Below are positions 59,043 to 64,000 of a stretch of 64,000 nucleotides of DNA, piece after piece. The stretch is from Tissierellia bacterium. GTDB taxonomy: Bacteria > Bacillota > Clostridia > Tissierellales > Peptoniphilaceae. The DNA is taken from positions 55,047-119,046 of the forward strand of contig JAUNVH010000001.1 of assembly GCA_030537765.1 (NCBI GenBank), in the 5' to 3' direction. Each line of letters starts with the position of its first letter. Positions within the stretch are counted from its first letter, which is position 1. Position numbers and translations under genes: made by a program. The notes beneath the pieces were generated by a model that worked only from the letters and a program-made list of their open reading frames with translations, was not told where the DNA came from and did not search any database.

Positions 59043-59534
59043 TTATATTTGCTCCTCTGTATCTTCTACTAATTCAAAAATTTCTTCTGCAATATCAATA
59101 TAGAGTATACCATCTAGATGATCGATCTCATGGCAGATTGCTCTTGCCAAAAAGTCGTTTGCATCTAAGGAGTTTTGATTGCCTTCTTCATCCATATATT
59201 CTACTTTTATAGTCTTTGGTCTAATTACATTACCACTTCTATTTGGGACGCTCAAACAACCTTCCAAACCCAGTTCTTTTCCGTCACTTTCTATAATTTT
59301 AGGATTTATCATTTTATAAACATTGCCATCTCCAATATCTACCACGATAACACGTCTTAAAACTCCAATTTGAGGCGCAGCTAAGCCAACGCCTTCCGCT
59401 TTATACATTGTTTGTGTCATATCCTCTAATAAAATCTTAATTCTATCATTAATTTCATCAACTGGCCTTGAAACCTTTCTCAAGACAGGATCTAAATCAG
59501 TTTTTATTTTTCTTATTGCCATATTCCTCACCAT
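59043..59534 (-). CDS. def: Peptide deformylase
   Basis: GVGLAAPQIG, EGCLS and HEIDH motifs. The start is either ATG 59534 (TAATG overlap with the priA stop) or ATG 59522 (MAIRKI...). Confidence 0.94.
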   Translation of the reverse strand: MVRNMAIRKIKTDLDPVLRKVSRPVDEINDRIKILLEDMTQTMYKAEGVGLAAPQIGVLRRVIVVDIGDGNVYKMINPKIIESDGKELGLEGCLSVPNRSGNVIRPKTIKVEYMDEEGNQNSLDANDFLARAICHEIDHLDGILYIDIAEEIFELVEDTEEQI

Positions 59535-61939
59535 TATTCTAAATTTATATCTACATATATACCATTAATATTAAGATTATATTCATTCTTAATACATACC
59601 CTATATACAATAGACTTTAACTTTTCAGCATTTGTAAAATCAGATATTAAATCTATTCTATATCTATACATTTCATTAATCTTTTTTATAGAATCGGGAT
59701 GCGCTGGTCCGTTAATTTTGATTCCATCAGGTTCTTCTAGTACATTTTTATATATATGCATAAACATACGCTTTGATGTGTCTATAACTTTTTGTTCATT
59801 TTTCCCGCTAATATATATTGTTATCAATTGTGTAATTGGTGGATATTTAAACTGCTTTCTTATCTCTAGTTCATTGAGATAAAAGCCTTCATAATCATGA
59901 TTCTTTGCAAATAATAAGCTATAGTGTTCGGGATTATATGTTTGGACTATCACATCGCCTCGTTTATCACTTCTGCCTGCTCTTCCGGCCACTTGCGTTA
60001 TTAATTGAAAGCTCTCTTCTGCCGAATTATAAAATGGCATATTAATTGATGTATCAGCTGCCATAACACCAACTAAAGAAACATTGGCAAAATCGAGCCC
60101 CTTTGCAATCATCTGCGTACCTATCAAAATATCAATTTCTTTATTTTTAAATGAATCTAATATCTTTTTATGTCCATATTTAACTCTTGTAGTATCTCTA
60201 TCCATCCTAGCAATTTTAAAATCAGGGAAAAATTCTTTGGTGATTTGCTCAATCTGCTGTGTCCCGATGCCAAAATATTTTATCAAACTACTACCACATA
60301 CAGGACATTTATTATATTCTCCAATTGTTTTCCCGCAATAGTGACATTCCATAGTCTTAGTGTCTTTGTGATAAACCATAGAAACATCACATTTATCACA
60401 TTTAACAATATGACCACAAGCTCTACAAGACACAAAATTTGAATATCCTCTTCGATTTAGAAATAAAATGATTTGTTCCCCTTTTATAAGCGCTGTTTTC
60501 ATCGCCGAAAGTAAATCATATGAGAAGATAGAATTATTTCCGGCCTTTAACTCTCTTCTCATATCTACAATATTTACTTTAGGCATTAATGTATTCATTG
60601 CACGATTTTTAAGTTCCAGCAATTGATACTCGCCTTGCTGTGATCTGTAATAGTCGCCTAAATTGGGAGTTGCACTGCCTAATACTAATTTGGCGTTTTT
60701 AGCACAATTTACTCTATATTTAGCTATGTCTATAACATTGTATTTTAAGTTTTCACTCATTTTATATGAATTGTCGTGCTCTTCATCAATAATGATTATA
60801 CCTAAATCTTTAATAGGAGCAAATATAGCCGATCTGGCACCTATTACAATTCTTACTTGTCCTAATCTTATTCTCTCCAGTTCGTCTGATTTCTCAGACT
60901 TACTAAGTCCAGAGTGTATAACTCCTATGATTTTTCCAAATCTACCTCTAAATCTTTCGACCATTTGTGGCGTTAAACTTATTTCAGGTACTAATACTAA
61001 TGCATTTTTATCTTCTTTTAAAATATCTTCAATCAATTGTAAATATACTTCTGTTTTTCCGCTACCAGTAACGCCGTGCAATAAGAACAGTTTTTCATCA
61101 GACGCTTTTATTTTTTCATAAGCATTTGTTTGTTCTTCGTTTAATTTATGTTTAGGATATGTTTTTGGTGTATCTAAGAATACATCTCTAAAATCTCTGA
61201 GCTTTGTTAATTTTAATATTCCCTTTGCTTCTAAGTTTTTTAATAAAGATATATCTATGCCGTATTCTTTTTTTAATTCATTATATTTTAATTCAATATC
61301 TTCGCTATAAAGTATCTCTAAAGTTTGAATCTGTCTTGTGGCATTTCTTGCCAATTTAGCAAAAGCTAATTCTCTATCCATAAGAATTTCTATTTTATAA
61401 TCATAGATTTTATGGGTATTCTTAACAGAAGTTGTCTTCAAATCAATATAACCGAGATTTTCTAATTCGTCAATCTTTTCTTTCAGAGAATTATCTTTTA
61501 AAATATTTATGATTTCATCTGATGATTTATTTAAAAGTTTATCTATAAAATCTTTAGTTTCTACTGAATCGATTGTTAAATATTTTTTACCTTTTAGAAA
61601 CAAATAATATATATCTTTGATATCTCTAGATATTATCGGTTCAAAAGCTTTAGCATAAGTTAAAAGATAAAATTCTTTCATCCAAAGTCCTAGCTTAATC
61701 AATTCTTTATCGATAATAGGACGATAATCTAATATATTTATAATTTCTTTAATCTTAAAGTCCTTATCTTCAATAGTTTCTCTTATATTTAAAACTAGTC
61801 CATAAGTTAAAGAATTGGAAAAATTAATACTTACTCTTTTGCCTATTTCAATATCTTTTGTTAAATTTTCGGGGACCTTGTATGTGAAAAGTCTATCTAA
61901 AGACAGTACATTTCTATTTATTAAAAGATCTACATACAT
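59534..61939 (-). CDS. priA: Primosomal protein N' (replication restart helicase PriA)
   Basis: 801 aa. HGVTGSGKTEVY and DEEHD motifs, and a Cys-rich insert CRACGHIVKCDKCD...CHYCG...CPVCGS. Confidence 0.94.
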   Translation of the reverse strand: MYVDLLINRNVLSLDRLFTYKVPENLTKDIEIGKRVSINFSNSLTYGLVLNIRETIEDKDFKIKEIINILDYRPIIDKELIKLGLWMKEFYLLTYAKAFEPIISRDIKDIYYLFLKGKKYLTIDSVETKDFIDKLLNKSSDEIINILKDNSLKEKIDELENLGYIDLKTTSVKNTHKIYDYKIEILMDRELAFAKLARNATRQIQTLEILYSEDIELKYNELKKEYGIDISLLKNLEAKGILKLTKLRDFRDVFLDTPKTYPKHKLNEEQTNAYEKIKASDEKLFLLHGVTGSGKTEVYLQLIEDILKEDKNALVLVPEISLTPQMVERFRGRFGKIIGVIHSGLSKSEKSDELERIRLGQVRIVIGARSAIFAPIKDLGIIIIDEEHDNSYKMSENLKYNVIDIAKYRVNCAKNAKLVLGSATPNLGDYYRSQQGEYQLLELKNRAMNTLMPKVNIVDMRRELKAGNNSIFSYDLLSAMKTALIKGEQIILFLNRRGYSNFVSCRACGHIVKCDKCDVSMVYHKDTKTMECHYCGKTIGEYNKCPVCGSSLIKYFGIGTQQIEQITKEFFPDFKIARMDRDTTRVKYGHKKILDSFKNKEIDILIGTQMIAKGLDFANVSLVGVMAADTSINMPFYNSAEESFQLITQVAGRAGRSDKRGDVIVQTYNPEHYSLLFAKNHDYEGFYLNELEIRKQFKYPPITQLITIYISGKNEQKVIDTSKRMFMHIYKNVLEEPDGIKINGPAHPDSIKKINEMYRYRIDLISDFTNAEKLKSIVYRVCIKNEYNLNINGIYVDINLE

Positions 61940-61976
61940 AAAAAAATCACTATCCTCAAAGAAAAGAGATAGATAT

Positions 61977-63191
61977 CTAATCTATCTCTTTATATAAATT
62001 CTTTATATTATCTAAAATTATATCAGCTAATTCAACTTTTTGCATCTTTGGGAGCTGAATATTTTCTCCATTTTCAAAAATAATTTCAGCAATATTGGTA
62101 TCGTGACCAAATCCTGCGTCTTTAGACTTCACATTATTAGCAACAATAAAGTCTAGATTTTTAGATTCGATTTTAGCTTTTGCATAATGGTGTAAATCCT
62201 TAGTTTCTGCTGCAAAACCTACTAGAATTTGTTTTGTTTTATGCTCGCCTAAGTATTTTAATATATCAGGCGTTCGTATAAGTTTTAAACTTAAATCATC
62301 GCCTGTTTTTTTCATCTTATCTTCATAAACATTTTCTAATTTATAATCAGATACAGCGGCAGACATAATCACAGCATCTACATCTGGATAAATTTCTTTT
62401 GCTGCTTCAAACATCTCATCAGCAGTATCAACTCTGATCACATTATCAATACCTTCAGCTTCTATGGACAATTTACCTGCTAAAAGAACAACTTCTGCCC
62501 CTCGATATTTTGCTCTTTTTGCAATGGCATAGCCCATTTTTCCGCTGCTATGATTTGTAATATATCTAACTGGATCTATAGGAGCAATTGTAGGACCTGC
62601 AGAAACTAAAACTTTCATACCAGCTAAATCTTTTTTTGTAAAAAACTCATCTAGATAGTTATAGATCTCAATTCCTTCAGCCATTCTCCCGTCGCCATAA
62701 TCACCGCAAGCTAAGAAACCAGAGTTAGTAGATAAAAATTTGAAACTTCTAGATTTTAAAACTTCTAAATTCTGGATAGTTGCGGGATTATTCAACATAT
62801 TGCTATTCATTCCAGGAGCTAATATGACAGGTGCTTTAGTAGCCAATACAGTGGCAGTGAGTAAATTGTCTGCAAAGCCGTTTGCAATCTTAGCAATCGT
62901 ATTGGCAGTTGCAGGTGCAATCAAAATTGCATCAGCGATTTTTGCCAGATGAATATGCTCCACAAACCTTTCGTCTACAGGGTCAAAAATGTCTAGATGG
63001 ACAGGATTATTTGACATTGTCATAAATGTGAGAGGTTTAATGAATTCTTGAGCATCTTTAGTCATTATTACATGGACATTGGCCTCTGCCTTTCTCAATC
63101 TGCTAATTGCATCTAAAACTTTGTAGATTGCTATGCCGCCACATACACCAATAACTATATTCTTATTCTTTAGACTGTTCATCTTCTTCAT
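61977..63191 (-). CDS. coaBC: Bifunctional phosphopantothenoylcysteine decarboxylase / synthetase
   Basis: 404 aa. N-terminal flavoprotein fold GVCGGIAIYK plus a C-terminal CoaB domain. Confidence 0.92.
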   Translation of the reverse strand: MKKMNSLKNKNIVIGVCGGIAIYKVLDAISRLRKAEANVHVIMTKDAQEFIKPLTFMTMSNNPVHLDIFDPVDERFVEHIHLAKIADAILIAPATANTIAKIANGFADNLLTATVLATKAPVILAPGMNSNMLNNPATIQNLEVLKSRSFKFLSTNSGFLACGDYGDGRMAEGIEIYNYLDEFFTKKDLAGMKVLVSAGPTIAPIDPVRYITNHSSGKMGYAIAKRAKYRGAEVVLLAGKLSIEAEGIDNVIRVDTADEMFEAAKEIYPDVDAVIMSAAVSDYKLENVYEDKMKKTGDDLSLKLIRTPDILKYLGEHKTKQILVGFAAETKDLHHYAKAKIESKNLDFIVANNVKSKDAGFGHDTNIAEIIFENGENIQLPKMQKVELADIILDNIKNLYKEID

Positions 63192-63480
63192 CTGCTATTA
63201 TTTCAGTTTGTGGTTTTGTGTCGCGTTCCAAAGTTTCACTTTCATTTGTCAATTCTAAAGAAATATCAGTTAGTTTTAAATTTGAATTTTTGTTCTTTGC
63301 AAAACCAATTTCGCCTTCCATAATCTCCTTATACGCGATTGAAACTGGATTTTCATTTTCATATTCAGTTAAAGTTGCACTCTCCTCAACTATTTCCCTA
63401 GCTCTTTTAGAAATTAACATAGTTAGAGAGTATCTACTATCTGCTACTTTTTTTATATCATCAAATGATCTAATATACAT
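63163..63480 (-). CDS. rpoZ: DNA-directed RNA polymerase subunit omega (with acidic C-terminal extension)
   Basis: SRYSLTMLISKRAREI motif. gmk-rpoZ order. 105 aa. Confidence 0.88.
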   Translation of the reverse strand: MYIRSFDDIKKVADSRYSLTMLISKRAREIVEESATLTEYENENPVSIAYKEIMEGEIGFAKNKNSNLKLTDISLELTNESETLERDTKPQTEIIADEEDEQSKE

Positions 63481-63482
63481 AT

Positions 63483-64000
63483 TTACCTCTTTTCTGTTAC
63501 ATTTTCCTTTATATTTTCATGCCGTTTAACTCTAAGTCTTTCGGCTACGATAATCGCTTCAATATCTTCTACAGCCTTCTCCACAACATCATTAACGACA
63601 AAATAATCGTATTCGTCAACGAAATCCAACTCTTTAAAAGCATTTGCAAATCTAGTTTCAATATCTTTTTCAGATTCAGTTCCACGTTTTATAATGCGAT
63701 TTCGAAGTTCGTCCATAGTGGGAGGAATTAAAAACACAAATACGGCCTCTTTGTATCTTTCTTTAATTTGCAAAGCTCCTTGAACATCAATTTCTAATAA
63801 AACAATCTCGCCTTTTTTAATCTGCTCAAATACAAATTCTTTAGGAGTCCCATAATAATTTGTATGCACAAAAGCATGTTCGAGCAATTCATCATTAGCA
63901 ACCATTTCTTCAAATCTTTCTTCACTGATGAAAAAATAATTCTCTCCATCTACTTCATTAGGTCTGGGTGCTCTAGTAGTTATTGAAGTTGAAAATACTA
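63483..64000 (-). CDS. gmk: Guanylate kinase (C-terminal part; 5' end lies beyond window end)
   Basis: The frame is open upstream of the ORF-track Met to nt 64000 and reads VFSTSITTRAPRPNEVDGENYFFISEERFEEMVANDELLEHA..., the STTR.PR..E.DG.DY.F guanylate kinase core. Confidence 0.9.
   Translation of the reverse strand, partial: VFSTSITTRAPRPNEVDGENYFFISEERFEEMVANDELLEHAFVHTNYYGTPKEFVFEQIKKGEIVLLEIDVQGALQIKERYKEAVFVFLIPPTMDELRNRIIKRGTESEKDIETRFANAFKELDFVDEYDYFVVNDVVEKAVEDIEAIIVAERLRVKRHENIKENVTEKR

Noticed and set aside
1-64000. Searched for mobile elements, CRISPR repeats, tRNA/rRNA genes, toxin-antitoxin pairs and defence islands
   Set aside because: No direct-repeat arrays, no transposase, integrase or recombinase motifs, and no cloverleaf-like or rRNA-like sequences in the intergenic gaps. 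Every gap larger than 60 nt is accounted for by promoters, terminators, leaders or the B12 riboswitch.

Overview
AT-rich chromosomal core region of a low-GC Bacillota (Firmicutes) genome. PolC, a class III FBPase and a radical-SAM gene between rnc and smc suggest a Clostridia/Tissierellia-like organism; I cannot name the species. I call 63 protein genes, 61 on the minus strand and only fbp and tmcAL on the plus strand, packed into long translationally coupled housekeeping operons: gatCAB, ligA-pcrA, rimP-nusA-ylxR-infB-rbfA-nrnA-truB-ribF, rpsO, pnp, uppS-cdsA-rseP-ispG-polC, rpsB-tsf-pyrH-frr, ylxM-ffh-rpsP-KH-rimM-trmD-rplS, plsX-acpP-rnc-radicalSAM-smc-ftsY-alr, yceD-rpmF, and gmk-rpoZ-coaBC-priA-def-fmt-rsmB-rlmN-stp-prkC-rsgA-rpe-thiN. 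I saw no rRNA, tRNA, CRISPR array, transposase, integrase, phage or defence genes. The one region not explained by coding sequence is the 410-nt gap between pnp and an HD-hydrolase gene (10682-11092). Read on the minus strand, it holds a clear cobalamin (B12) riboswitch aptamer with its own near-consensus promoter. The aptamer is followed by two tandem intrinsic terminators that bracket a ~70-nt non-coding hairpin module showing a CCUCC loop. The downstream gene has a separate promoter, and no B12-related gene occurs anywhere in the window. I flag this as a candidate riboswitch-gated small RNA, or alternatively an unusual B12 regulon. Smaller observations are: ylxM appears to start at an AUU codon; the rimP-nusA leader has a promoter-then-terminator layout; the rpsO leader is structured; several genes expected from Bacillus-type synteny are missing (dxr, proS, fabD/fabG/fapR, ylxQ). 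All calls come from reading motifs and gene order by eye. No database search was run.
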